A stretch of 36,615 nt of DNA, from the NCBI GenBank assembly GCA_028277295.1, contig JANQGN010000520.1, positions 1 through 36,615 on the forward strand, read 5' to 3'. Position numbers and translations under genes: made by a program. The notes under the pieces were generated by a model, which was not told the origin of the DNA, did no database searches, and was given only the letters and a program-made list of their open reading frames with translations. This DNA comes from Rhodospira sp. (GTDB taxonomy: Bacteria; Pseudomonadota; Alphaproteobacteria; Rhodospirillales; Rhodospirillaceae). Of the stretch, positions 20,616-29,718 are shown one piece after another. Each line of letters begins with the position of its first letter. The stretch's first letter is position 1.

Positions 20616-21521
20616 TCAGCGGACATAATCGACCAGCGAGAGGGACGTCAGCGAGGACAGCGCCGAGAACGACGCCCGCAACACCGTCTCGTGCTGGGAC
20701 ACCGTGGCCGTGGCCGCCGCCACGTCCACCTTCGCGACGCTCTCCAGGGCGCTTTCGGCGTAGAGCTGGAACTCGGTCTGGCTGTCGATCACGGCGGACA
20801 GCGTGTCGGCCTGCCCGGACAGGGTGTCCTGGGCGGCGGCCAGTTCGGCGACCGCCTCGTCCAGCAAGACCGCCGCGTCCCTCATCAGGGCGGTGTCCGG
20901 TGGGCTGGTGGTCATCCCGGCCAGCAGCGACAGGGCGCGCAAGGTTTTCTCGGCGCCGCTGGTGTCGGCGCGCACGCCATAGGTCACGCCGCTGGCCCCG
21001 TCCACCATCAGCGTCCAGTCGGCGCCGTTGCCCTGGTAGTAGTCGGTGTCGGCCACCCCCACGATGGGCGTGTAGGCCGGGTCGCTGAGATCAACGGGGG
21101 CGGCGGTGGCTCCGTTCCCGCCGAACACGGCCAGGCCCCCGAATGTGGTGTTGAGAAGGGTGGCCACGGATTCCCGCCAGTCCACGGCGGACTCGCGCAG
21201 GGTGGTGGTATCCGTGACCGTGCCGTTGATGCTGGAGGCAATGTCCACCTTGGCGGCTTCGACGATGTCGAGAATGTCAGCGAGGGCGCCATACCCCGTT
21301 TCCACCATGGACGCCGCTGTCTCGGCCTGGGAGACCAGCCGCTCCGACGCCGCCATGTCGGCCTCCAGGCTGACGGCCAGCCCGGCCTGGCCGTCGAGAC
21401 CGGCGAGGGAGGGGCTTTTGGTTCCCGAGCCCTGCTGGATCAGGGCGGCGCTATACTCCCCCTGAACCCGCATCGCCTGGGTGAGCAGGGTGGCCTGCAT
21501 GGTGCTGGTGCAAACCCGCAT
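20616..21521 (-). CDS. flgL: Flagellar hook-filament junction protein HAP3
   Basis: Follows flgK; MRV.T..., SG.K..S..G, LLNT...G..VFGG....APV, YYQG, C-terminal VD.A.A.......L.ASF......LSL.DY. Confidence 0.8.
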   Translation of the reverse strand: MRVCTSTMQATLLTQAMRVQGEYSAALIQQGSGTKSPSLAGLDGQAGLAVSLEADMAASERLVSQAETAASMVETGYGALADILDIVEAAKVDIASSINGTVTDTTTLRESAVDWRESVATLLNTTFGGLAVFGGNGATAAPVDLSDPAYTPIVGVADTDYYQGNGADWTLMVDGASGVTYGVRADTSGAEKTLRALSLLAGMTTSPPDTALMRDAAVLLDEAVAELAAAQDTLSGQADTLSAVIDSQTEFQLYAESALESVAKVDVAAATATVSQHETVLRASFSALSSLTSLSLVDYVR

Positions 21522-21532
21522 GGAACCCTCCG

Positions 21533-23272
21533 CTAGTTCATCATGGCCACGAGGCTGTCGAACATGTCCTGGGCGGTGCTCATGACCTGGGAGACGGCCT
21601 GGTAGGACTGCTCCAGGGCCAGAAGCTTCGCCGTTTCCTCGTCCACGTTGACCCCGTGGGCGTTGTCGAAGGCGTCGGACAGGGTGGCAAGGGTCTGCGC
21701 CGACAGCGTCGCGGTGTCGGCGGCGGCGTTTGTTGTATCGGCGACGTCGTCGATCACGGCGGCGATCTGACCGACGGCGGAGCGGTCGGCGGCGGCCATG
21801 GTGCCGGCGGCGTCGAACGCGATGGGATCGTCCAGCGCGGTCCACAGGGCCTGGAGGCCGGCGGTGTCGCCGCTGACCAGGGCCGTGTCGCCGACGGTGG
21901 TCGAGGCCGGCAGGGCCGTCGGGAACCCATGCGCGCCCAGGGTATCCGCCACGGCCAGATCGGCGGCCCCGGTGCCGGACAGGACGTTGTTGAAGCCCAG
22001 GTGATGGGACAGGCCGCGCCCGTCCGCGGTCACGGTGGTCTCACCGGTCAGCGCGACGCCCGTGCCGGCGGTATCGGCGGTGAGGACCACGTTGCCGTTG
22101 GCGTCCAGGATGGCGGACACGCCGGCCGCGCCGTCCAGCGCCGTGACCAGGTCGGCATAGGTGGTGATCGTGGACAGATCGATGTCCGTGGCGGACACCA
22201 CCTCGCCGTTCGCATCCACCGCCAGCACCGACAGGATGCCGGTGCCACTGAAGGGGTCCGCGCCCGCGACGGCGGTTGTCCCGGTCAAGCTCGGCGGCGC
22301 CGGGGCCGGCGTGGCGCGGTTGGCGGCGGCGTTCAGGGCGTCCATGACGCCGGTGGCCAAGGCGTCCAGTTCCTCCTGGATAGCCGGCAAGGTGGTGTCG
22401 CGCGCCGTGATCAAGGCGCCCAGTTCGCCGCCGCCGAGGGACGACGTCACGTCGCCGCCGTTGATCGTGATTCCCGGGATGACGCCGCCACTCGCCGGGT
22501 CGTATGTGGCGTCGGCGGTCAGGGTGCCGAAGGGGGTATAGTCGAGCGTTCGCGCCGAGGACGTCAGCAGCGGAGTCCCGCCACCACTGTAGACGTGCAG
22601 TTCGCCGGTGCCGGTGTTGAAGTACCGTATGTCGGTGAAGCCGCTGAGGTCCTCCAGCAGAACGCGCTGGGAATCCAGCAGGTCCGCCGTGGGGTCGCCG
22701 GTGGCGGTGGCGCGGGCGATCTGGTCGTTAAGGTCGTCCAATTGCCCCAGCAGCGCGTTGATCTCCTCCACGGTCTCGCCAATGGCCGCGTCGGCGGTGG
22801 TGCGGGTGGCCTGGACCGACTGGCTGGCGTCCTGGAGGGTTGCCGCCCAGGCGGCCAGGGCGTCGGTAACATCGCTGGTGGATTGGGCACTGCCGCCAGC
22901 GTTGACCGCCTCGCTTAGCGTGGTCATGAGGTCGGTCATGACCGTTTCCAGGGGCGCGCCGCCGTCGGTGGTGCCCAGCGCGTTCAGAAGCGTGTTCAGA
23001 TAAGACGCCAGGGTGGCGTCGTAGGCGGACTCCGAGGTGGCGCCCATGACCTCCTTCATGAGGGCCGTGTTCACGGCGTTGCCGATACCCACCACGCTCA
23101 CCCCGGCGACCCTGCCGCCCACCACGGTCGCGGCGGTGTCGGCGGTCTTGGCCGTATAGCCGACGGTGTTGGCGTTGGTGATGTTGGCCGAGGTAACGGA
23201 CATGGCCGTCTGTGTGGCCATGAGCCCGCTGCGCGCGGTGTGGACAATGCTGGAGATCGAGGTGATGGCCAT
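21533..23272 (-). CDS. flgK: Flagellar hook-associated protein HAP1
   Basis: A.SGL.A.Q..MSV.S.NI.NANT.GY; GGELGALI..RD..L; GVNVDEE...L..L.QSY.A. Confidence 0.9.
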   Translation of the reverse strand: MAITSISSIVHTARSGLMATQTAMSVTSANITNANTVGYTAKTADTAATVVGGRVAGVSVVGIGNAVNTALMKEVMGATSESAYDATLASYLNTLLNALGTTDGGAPLETVMTDLMTTLSEAVNAGGSAQSTSDVTDALAAWAATLQDASQSVQATRTTADAAIGETVEEINALLGQLDDLNDQIARATATGDPTADLLDSQRVLLEDLSGFTDIRYFNTGTGELHVYSGGGTPLLTSSARTLDYTPFGTLTADATYDPASGGVIPGITINGGDVTSSLGGGELGALITARDTTLPAIQEELDALATGVMDALNAAANRATPAPAPPSLTGTTAVAGADPFSGTGILSVLAVDANGEVVSATDIDLSTITTYADLVTALDGAAGVSAILDANGNVVLTADTAGTGVALTGETTVTADGRGLSHHLGFNNVLSGTGAADLAVADTLGAHGFPTALPASTTVGDTALVSGDTAGLQALWTALDDPIAFDAAGTMAAADRSAVGQIAAVIDDVADTTNAAADTATLSAQTLATLSDAFDNAHGVNVDEETAKLLALEQSYQAVSQVMSTAQDMFDSLVAMMN

Positions 23273-23285
23273 GGGAGCGGGCCTC

Positions 23286-23738
23286 CTACGCCTGGGGTCG
23301 CGTAACCGCCAGCCTGTGCGGCGCCGGTCCTGTTGGGATCGGCGACCGCCGGCCATTCGTGGTGCCGTCCTCGTCCGGCAGGGCCTGCATCACGGCATCC
23401 ACGCGGCCGTCGTCCATCGACTGCCGGCGGCCATGCCGGCGCCGCCGGTTCTCCTTGGTCAGGGCGACCAGGTGGCGGATGCTGATTTCCAGGGCCTGGA
23501 CATCGAGCAGACCGGCCTCGTGCAAGACGCGGACGCTCGGCTTGAGGGCGGCGCTCAGCAGGGCGTAATCCTGCGCCAACGCCTCTTGCGGCCCTTTCAG
23601 CGACACGGGGGTGTCGGATATCCCCTGGTCCAGAAGCGCTGCCTCCAGTTCCGCCAGTTCGATCAGGCGGCGCAGGACAGACAGGTACTGGATCAGCAAG
23701 GGACGGGCGGCGCGCGCCTCGGACCGTGCGGGCATCAC
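23286..23738 (-). CDS. Hypothetical helical protein, possible FlgN-like export chaperone
   Basis: Immediately upstream of flgK; 'L.RLIEL.E.E.ALL...L..L..EN' helical pattern; start overlaps the upstream stop. Confidence 0.5.
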   Translation of the reverse strand: MMPARSEARAARPLLIQYLSVLRRLIELAELEAALLDQGISDTPVSLKGPQEALAQDYALLSAALKPSVRVLHEAGLLDVQALEISIRHLVALTKENRRRRHGRRQSMDDGRVDAVMQALPDEDGTTNGRRSPIPTGPAPHRLAVTRPQA

Positions 23739-24004
23739 CGGCCTCCTCCGCTCGGGTCCCCCAGGCGCGCGGCCTGGGCGTAGGCCAGGCCGGAGCCGTG
23801 GTGCCGGCGCGCCGCCTCCAGGCGGGCCGCGACGGCGTCCTGTTGGGTTGTCAGGGCTTGCAGGCTCTCCGCCAGGGCGCTGGCGGCGCGGAGCGTGTCG
23901 GTTCGGGACGAGGCGCCGGAGACCGTGTCGGCCAGGCGGGCGGCCCGGGTGAGCTGTCCCAGCGCCCGGGCCAGATCCCGCTCAAGGGTTGCCTTGCTGG
24001 GCAT
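23735..24004 (-). CDS. Hypothetical small coiled-coil protein in the flagellar operon
   Basis: 89 aa, Ala/Leu-rich, ends ...GLAYAQAA; starts 5 nt after the flgE stop. Confidence 0.55.
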   Translation of the reverse strand: MPSKATLERDLARALGQLTRAARLADTVSGASSRTDTLRAASALAESLQALTTQQDAVAARLEAARRHHGSGLAYAQAARLGDPSGGGR

Positions 24005-24009
24005 GGCCG

Positions 24010-25287
24010 TTACCTCTTGGCGTTGATGATGTCGTCAAACATGTCCTGGGCGCTCTGGACGATCTCGCTGGCGGCGCTGTAGGCCTGCTGGGCGGTGATC
24101 AGCTTGCTGAACTCGTCGGCGGTATCGACGGTCGAGCGCTCCAGGGAGCCGGCGAAGACGGTTCCAGAGCCCGTGGTCCCTGCCGTGACGTAGGTCACGG
24201 CCCCGGATTGGGTGGTCGGCAGATAGGCGTTGCCGGAAATGGCCTCCAGGCCGTTGGTGTTGGGGACAGTGCCCAGCGGGATCTGGTAGATCGGATAGCT
24301 CACGCCATTGTCAAAGTTGGCGTACATCATCCCGTCCTGAGTGACGGTGGCGCTGTAGAAGGCACCGTAGCGCACCCCGTCCTGGGAGACGGTGTCCACC
24401 TCGATCTTCACGTCACCGTCGCTGCCGCTCGGCGCGTATTGGCTCAGGCCATCCGCCTTGCCGATGGTGCCGGGGTCGTAGGCGATGCTGCTGTCAGAGG
24501 CGCCGGAGCTCCACCCGGTGACGTCGATGGCGAAGGGGTCGGCCGAGGCCGTATCCAGAACGCCATCCTTGAAGGTGAGGGTCAGCGTCGCGGGCGTGGT
24601 GGTCCCGGAGACCGTGGTGCCGTCGGACGACAACACCGGATCACCGGCGGTCATGTCCCAGGTGTTGGCGGCGGTCTTTTCGTAGGTCAGCTCTATGGTG
24701 TGGGCGACGCCCAGGCTGTCGAAGATCTCGACGCTGGTGGTTACCGTGTCGCCCACGGCGGCGGTGGCCGGCAGGTTGGCGCGCAATGCAAGCTCGCTTG
24801 TGGCAACGGCCGTTCCGCTGATCGCGTATTGATTGACGGCCTCCAGATTGGCGGCCGATGTGTTGCCGATGACATCGCCGTTCTGATCGGTCGGATAGCC
24901 TTGCAGATAGAAGCCATTGCTGTTGACCAGGTAGCCGTCATCATCCGGATAGAAGTCGCCCGCCCGTGTATACGCGAAGACATCACTGTCCGGTGATGTG
25001 GTCACCACGAAGAAGCCATCGCCATCAATGGCCATGTCGGTATCGTTTTCGGTGCCGATAATTAGGCCCTGCTCGGCGATGTTCTGGCTCGGATTGGCGA
25101 TCACGCCGGCGCCCGTGAAGTTCCTTTGCGAGCTGGTGCCGGAAATCAGGCTGTAGAAGCTGGCGTGCGTGGCCTTGTAGCCGATGGTCTCGCTGTTCGC
25201 GAGATTGTTGGAAATGCTGGAGACAGCGGCGGACTGGGCGTTCAACGCCGTCACGGCGATGTTCAAGGAGCTGCTGAGGCTGCTCAC
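24010..25287 (-). CDS. flgE: Flagellar hook protein
   Basis: ISNNLANS.T.GYK; DMAIDGDGFF; YTRAGDF..D.DGYLVN..G.YLQG; .FDSLG; LE.STVD.A.EF..LI.AQ.AY.A. Confidence 0.93.
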   Translation of the reverse strand: MSSLSSSLNIAVTALNAQSAAVSSISNNLANSETIGYKATHASFYSLISGTSSQRNFTGAGVIANPSQNIAEQGLIIGTENDTDMAIDGDGFFVVTTSPDSDVFAYTRAGDFYPDDDGYLVNSNGFYLQGYPTDQNGDVIGNTSAANLEAVNQYAISGTAVATSELALRANLPATAAVGDTVTTSVEIFDSLGVAHTIELTYEKTAANTWDMTAGDPVLSSDGTTVSGTTTPATLTLTFKDGVLDTASADPFAIDVTGWSSGASDSSIAYDPGTIGKADGLSQYAPSGSDGDVKIEVDTVSQDGVRYGAFYSATVTQDGMMYANFDNGVSYPIYQIPLGTVPNTNGLEAISGNAYLPTTQSGAVTYVTAGTTGSGTVFAGSLERSTVDTADEFSKLITAQQAYSAASEIVQSAQDMFDDIINAKR

Positions 25288-25338
25288 GACGAAACCCTCC
25301 GGAATGGGGAATGCGCGGGACCAGACGGCGGACGCGGT

Positions 25339-26031
25339 TCAGGCGTCGGCCTTCGCGGGCTGTCGGGCGCTGACGATGCTGTCGAGACCGGCGGTGCTGC
25401 CGTTGGCGAGCACCAGGACCGGCGAGCCGGTGGACCAGTCCACCTCGCTGACGACGCTTGTCGCGTGCAGGTCCAGGGTTTCGGTGTCGCCGTCGGCCAG
25501 TTCGGCGGTGGCCACCAGGCGGTAGGTGCCCTCGGTGGCCATCGTGTTGCCGGTGGACTGGCCCTCCCACGCGAACGTGTAGGATTCGCCGGCCACCGGG
25601 CTGACCTCGGTCTGGTAGACGGTCTTGCCGTCCTCGTTCTCGACCGTGAGCGTCAGCGACGTGGCGTCGTCGGGGACGTCCATCGACCAGGACACGGCCT
25701 CCCCGTCATAATCCTGAGACGAGGCATCGTAGGTAATCTCCATACCAACAAAGCCCAGGGCGGTTTCCGCCGCCTGGTTGTTGGTGGAGAGCACCAGGTT
25801 CTCCAGGTACTGATTGGTCAGGATCTGCTGCTCGACCTGGGAATAACTCAGAAGCTGCTGCGTCAGTTCATCGGTATCCGTGGGGTCCAGCGGATTCTGG
25901 TTCTCAAGCTGCGTCGTCAGCAGCGTGACGAACATGTCGTAGTTGTCGGCCAGTTCGGTGATCGACGAGGCCGTGGTGAGGCTGATGCCGCTGCTGTACG
26001 CGCTGGTCTGGGTCGCGGTGTCGATGGTCAT
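25339..26031 (-). CDS. flgD: Flagellar hook capping protein
   Basis: F.TLLTTQL.NQNPLDP.D..E.TQQL...SQVEQ; F.WEG; G.Y. Confidence 0.92.
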   Translation of the reverse strand: MTIDTATQTSAYSSGISLTTASSITELADNYDMFVTLLTTQLENQNPLDPTDTDELTQQLLSYSQVEQQILTNQYLENLVLSTNNQAAETALGFVGMEITYDASSQDYDGEAVSWSMDVPDDATSLTLTVENEDGKTVYQTEVSPVAGESYTFAWEGQSTGNTMATEGTYRLVATAELADGDTETLDLHATSVVSEVDWSTGSPVLVLANGSTAGLDSIVSARQPAKADA

Positions 26032-26290
26032 GGGGAGCGCCTTTCGACCGTCTGGGAAGGCCGCGACACCGGAAGCGTCACCGGGGCCGGGGACTGGTCG
26101 AAAAACGCATCAGGGGCGCGAACACTGGCGCGGCATTCGGTGAAAAAAAAACGGCGCCACGGCGCCAGGAATCCGCCCCCTGCTTCGTGTCATGGGCGAT
26201 CGGCGCAGGGCCAGCATGTCCCGGCCGCGTCTCTCAGCGAGGCCAGAAACGGCCTCTTGTTCCCGCATCCCGAAACAAGGAGCACAGAAC

Positions 26291-27124
26291 ATGCCCGTGA
26301 TCACGACGAACACAGCGGCCAACTCGGCGTTGCGTTACCTGAACATCAACTCCGCCGAACAGACCAACGCCCTGAACCGCATCGCCAGCGGCTCGAAGGT
26401 CAACAAGGCGTCCGACGACGCCGCCGGCCTGGCCGTGGCCACCAAGTTGCAGAACGACGTGGCGGTGTTGAACCAGGCCCAGACCAACGCCTCGCATGGC
26501 ATCGCCGTGCTGCAGACCGCCGACGGCGGCATGGCGGAAATCTCCGACATCCTGGAGCGCATGAAGGTCCTGGCCACGCAGTCCATGTCCGGCGCCGTGA
26601 CCGATACCGAGCGTGCCTATATCAACGCCGAGTACACGGACCTGATCACCGAAATCGATTCCATCGCCTCCGGCACCCGCTTCAATGGCGAGGCCCTGCT
26701 GGACGACACCGGGCAGCATGGCCCGACGGCCGGCGGCGCCGAGTACCTGGTGGGCACCGACGTCGCCAACGACATCATCACCGTGGTTATCAATCCGGTG
26801 GACTCCGCCACCCTGACGGTGGCCACGGGGGTCGACACCGCCGCCAACGCGACCACCGCCCTGGGTGAGATCGACGCGGCGATTGATTCCCTGGCGACAG
26901 CCCGGGCCGAGGTGGGCGCGCAGATGGCCCGCTTTGAGTATCGGGCCGGCCAGTTGGCCAGTTCCGAGGAGAACCTGGACGCCGCGCAGTCGGCCATCGT
27001 CGATGCCGACATTGCCGAGGAGCAGGCCAACCTGTCCTCGGCCGAGGTGCTGACCAACGCGGCCATCGCGGCGCTCACCCAGGCCAACCAGATGCCCCAG
27101 AACCTGCTGAAGCTTGTTCAATGA
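26291..27124 (+). CDS. fliC: Flagellin (277 aa, minimal variable region)
   Basis: I.TN.AA..A.R.L; IASG.KVN.ASDDAAGLAVA; L.RMK.LA.Q; FNG..LL; RA.VGA...R; S.IVDADIA.E; QANQ.PQ.LL.L. Confidence 0.95.
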   Translation: MPVITTNTAANSALRYLNINSAEQTNALNRIASGSKVNKASDDAAGLAVATKLQNDVAVLNQAQTNASHGIAVLQTADGGMAEISDILERMKVLATQSMSGAVTDTERAYINAEYTDLITEIDSIASGTRFNGEALLDDTGQHGPTAGGAEYLVGTDVANDIITVVINPVDSATLTVATGVDTAANATTALGEIDAAIDSLATARAEVGAQMARFEYRAGQLASSEENLDAAQSAIVDADIAEEQANLSSAEVLTNAAIAALTQANQMPQNLLKLVQ

Positions 27125-27148
27125 CGCCAATGAGGACGTAGGGACGGA

Positions 27149-27178
27149 GGAGGCGGATCGGTGAGCCCGGCCGCCTCC
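27149..27178 (+). terminator. GC-rich stem-loop between fliC and fliD (terminator or mRNA stabiliser)
   Basis: GGAGGCGG...CCGCCTCC stem with no U-tract. Confidence 0.4.
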
Positions 27179-27240
27179 CCTGGCCTTGGTCGATCGGGGC
27201 GTGACCCCGGTCGTCATCCCCCTGACCCGGGAGACGGGCC

Positions 27241-28905
27241 ATGAGCACCATCGTGTCCTCCAGCACGGTGACCGGTGGCAGTGGAACCACCTACATCACC
27301 GGCTTGTCCGGGCTGGACACCACCGCGCTGATCGAGGCCGCCGTCGAGGCCAAGATGCAGCCAGCCTATACCATCGACAGTCAGGTGAAGGCCATGCAAG
27401 CCGAGGCCGCCGCCTTCCAGGACATGGCCGGTTTGCTTCAGGCGCTTTCGGACGCGGTTGAGCCCTTGTCCGGCAAGGCGGAGTCCTCGGTCTTCAACAG
27501 CACGGCCGCCTATCTGACCTCGAAGCTCGACGACCCGGCGTCCTACATGAGCGCGACCGTGACCGACGAGGCGGCCGTCGGTCTCTACGAAATCGAGGTG
27601 GCGCAACTGGCCACCAGCCACAAGGTGGCCTCGGATGCTCAGGCCAGCGATACGGCGCTGGGTCTGAATGGCAACGTCACCCTGGCCGCCGCGGGGGCCA
27701 CTGGCGCCACCATCACGGTCACGGCCGACATGACCGTCTCGGACATCGCCAAGGCCATCAACGCCGCCAGCGCCGACAGCGGCGTGGTGGCCACCGTGAT
27801 CGCCACCGGCGATGGCGCCGAGACCCTGGTGTTGTCCACCCGCGACACGGGTGCGTCCTTGTCCGTCAGTGGTGACACGGGTGGCGTGCTCACGGGGTTG
27901 GGCCTCACGGCTGCGGACGGGAGCTTCGCCAACGAACTGCAAGCCGCCCAGGACGCGATCCTGACCGTCGACGGTGTCACGGTCACCAGCGCCGACAACG
28001 ACATAGAGAGCCTGCTGCCCGGCGTGTCGGTGAACCTGTACGCGGCCACCGCCGGGGAAAGCATCACCTTGGAGGTGGGCCAGGACCTGAGCGCGGCCAT
28101 GGCGGCCATCGAGGCGTTCGTGGACGCCTTCAACGCCTATCGCGCCTTCGCCATCACCCACCAGCAGACCGAGGACGGCGTGGGGGCCGCGGAGGACGCG
28201 GTGCTGTTCGCGGACTCGACGCTGAAGAGCGCCAGCGCGGCCCTCTACGACGCCATCGGCACCGAGGTCGAGGTGGATGGCGTGACCCATACCCTGGCCA
28301 CGCTGGGGATCGACCTGGGCGCCGGCTCGATGCTGGACATCGACGAGGACGCGCTGGAAGAGGCGTTGCTGCAGCGTCCCGAGGTCGTCGAGGCGTTCTT
28401 CGCCAGCGCCGGGACATCATCGTCGACGGATCTGGGCGTGGTGTCCCTGCCGCCGACCCTGGACTCGGGTGACTACACGGTGGACGTGACGGTCGACGCG
28501 GGCACGGGCGAGATCACGGCGGCGACCATTGGCGGCGTGGCCCTGGAGGTCTCCGGATCAACCCTGAGGGGAGCCGAGGGCTCGGCCTACGCGGGTCTGT
28601 CCATGGTCTACACCGGATCGTCCAGCGCCAGCGCGACGGTGACGATCAGGCAGGGCCTCGCCGACCAGGTGATGGGCATGGGCGACACCTACACCAACGA
28701 CGCCGACGGCCTGATCACCACCAAACAGGACAGCCTGACGGAGACGATCGAGGACAAGCAGGACCGGCGCGCGGACATCGCAGAAAGCGCCGCCAATTAT
28801 GAAGAAACTCTGATCGCATACTACGCGCGAATAGAAGAACAAATCGCGCTCGCCCAAACAAAGCTCCAGTACATTGAGGCTCTGCTCAATAGCGATGACG
28901 ACTGA
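27241..28905 (+). CDS. fliD: Flagellar filament cap protein
   Basis: GLSGLDT.ALI; G.YEIEV.QLA..HKVAS; LQAAQDA.LTVDGV.VTS..N.I...LPGV..NL; I.AFVDAFN; C-terminal coiled coil. Confidence 0.9.
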   Translation: MSTIVSSSTVTGGSGTTYITGLSGLDTTALIEAAVEAKMQPAYTIDSQVKAMQAEAAAFQDMAGLLQALSDAVEPLSGKAESSVFNSTAAYLTSKLDDPASYMSATVTDEAAVGLYEIEVAQLATSHKVASDAQASDTALGLNGNVTLAAAGATGATITVTADMTVSDIAKAINAASADSGVVATVIATGDGAETLVLSTRDTGASLSVSGDTGGVLTGLGLTAADGSFANELQAAQDAILTVDGVTVTSADNDIESLLPGVSVNLYAATAGESITLEVGQDLSAAMAAIEAFVDAFNAYRAFAITHQQTEDGVGAAEDAVLFADSTLKSASAALYDAIGTEVEVDGVTHTLATLGIDLGAGSMLDIDEDALEEALLQRPEVVEAFFASAGTSSSTDLGVVSLPPTLDSGDYTVDVTVDAGTGEITAATIGGVALEVSGSTLRGAEGSAYAGLSMVYTGSSSASATVTIRQGLADQVMGMGDTYTNDADGLITTKQDSLTETIEDKQDRRADIAESAANYEETLIAYYARIEEQIALAQTKLQYIEALLNSDDD

Positions 28906-28919
28906 CCTCATCCCACCCT

Positions 28920-29230
28920 CTAGGGCCTGTTGAGTGATTTTGGGGTCACCCACCATGCTCTGGGAGCCCGTCCGGAAAGTTTTGGGAGCCTCGATATATT
29001 GTGTGCCTTCACCCGAACGGCATACCGTATGTGGCGCTTTGAAAGGCTTTCCGGACAGACACTAGGAGCCCGTCCGGAAAGTCTCGAGAACCGCAATATA
29101 GTGTGTGCTTTCACCCGAACGGCATACCGTATGTGGCGCTTTGAAAGGCTTTCCGGACAGACACCAGGATTTTGATTTTGAAGCAAATCGTCGTCGCGAT
29201 CCGTTCCGGATCGCTCGGGATTTGCCCTAG
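28920..29230 (-). repeat. Composite repeat: mosaic element copy 3 interrupted by two tandem MITEs
   Basis: On the minus strand: CTAGGGCAAATCCCGAGCGATCCGGAACGGATCGCGACGACGATTTGCTTCAAAATCAA (29230 to ~29172), then two MITEs, then an imperfect palindrome ending GGCCCTAG (28920). Confidence 0.75.
28964..29164 (+). mobile_element. Two tandem 99-bp MITEs (copies 2 and 3), period 102 bp
   Basis: 28964-29062 and 29066-29164, each GAGCCCGTCCGGAAAG...CTTTCCGGACAGACAC, separated by TAG. Confidence 0.85.
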
Positions 29231-29244
29231 ACGGGAGTCGAATC

Positions 29245-29718
29245 ATGACGGAACTCGCCACCGCCATTGCCGCCTATGGGCAGGCCCGCCGCCGGCAGCC
29301 GCCGTTGAAAATGGTCGTGGAGGTGTATGACATGCTCCTCACGCTCGTGACTCGGGCGCGTGCTGCCCGTATCGATGGTGGACGGTTCACCGAGGTTCAC
29401 ACACTGTCACTCGCCGGCCGTGTTCTGGCGGCGCTGGACGGCTGCCTCGACCGCCAGGATCCGCGTGTGCAGTCCCTGACCAACGCCCTCAGCGCGTATT
29501 ACAGGGGTGTGTTGATCCAGGTGCATGCCGCCGCGCGCGGCACGGGCGAGTCCGCCCTCCAACGCTATGCGAGCGTCTATCGCCAAATCCTGGTGATGCG
29601 GAACGCCTGGGCCTCCGTGGCCGGCATGGCCCCGCTGCCAGCAGCGGCGGCGGCGCGAGACGACGAAACGCCTGAGGGCCTGAGCGGAAAAAAGTTGAGT
29701 GACTCCAGCGGATTGTGA
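29245..29718 (+). CDS. fliS: FliS-like flagellin export chaperone
   Basis: AY.......P...VV..YD; L..L...LD......L...L..YY; ..MRNAW; located after fliC-fliD; GGAG SD. Confidence 0.7.
   Translation: MTELATAIAAYGQARRRQPPLKMVVEVYDMLLTLVTRARAARIDGGRFTEVHTLSLAGRVLAALDGCLDRQDPRVQSLTNALSAYYRGVLIQVHAAARGTGESALQRYASVYRQILVMRNAWASVAGMAPLPAAAAARDDETPEGLSGKKLSDSSGL

Noticed and set aside
26126-26141. TGGCGCGGCATTCGG as a sigma54 promoter for fliC
   Set aside because: The -12 position reads GG rather than the required GC.
28964-29164. Tandem 102-bp-period repeat as a CRISPR array
   Set aside because: Only two long, nearly identical units with terminal inverted repeats; no unique spacers and no cas genes. 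A third copy elsewhere supports a MITE.
28920-29267. ORFs 28920-29267 (-) and 28930-29175 (+) with duplicated peptides
   Set aside because: Products of the tandem MITE whose 102-nt period keeps the frame; no evidence of coding function.
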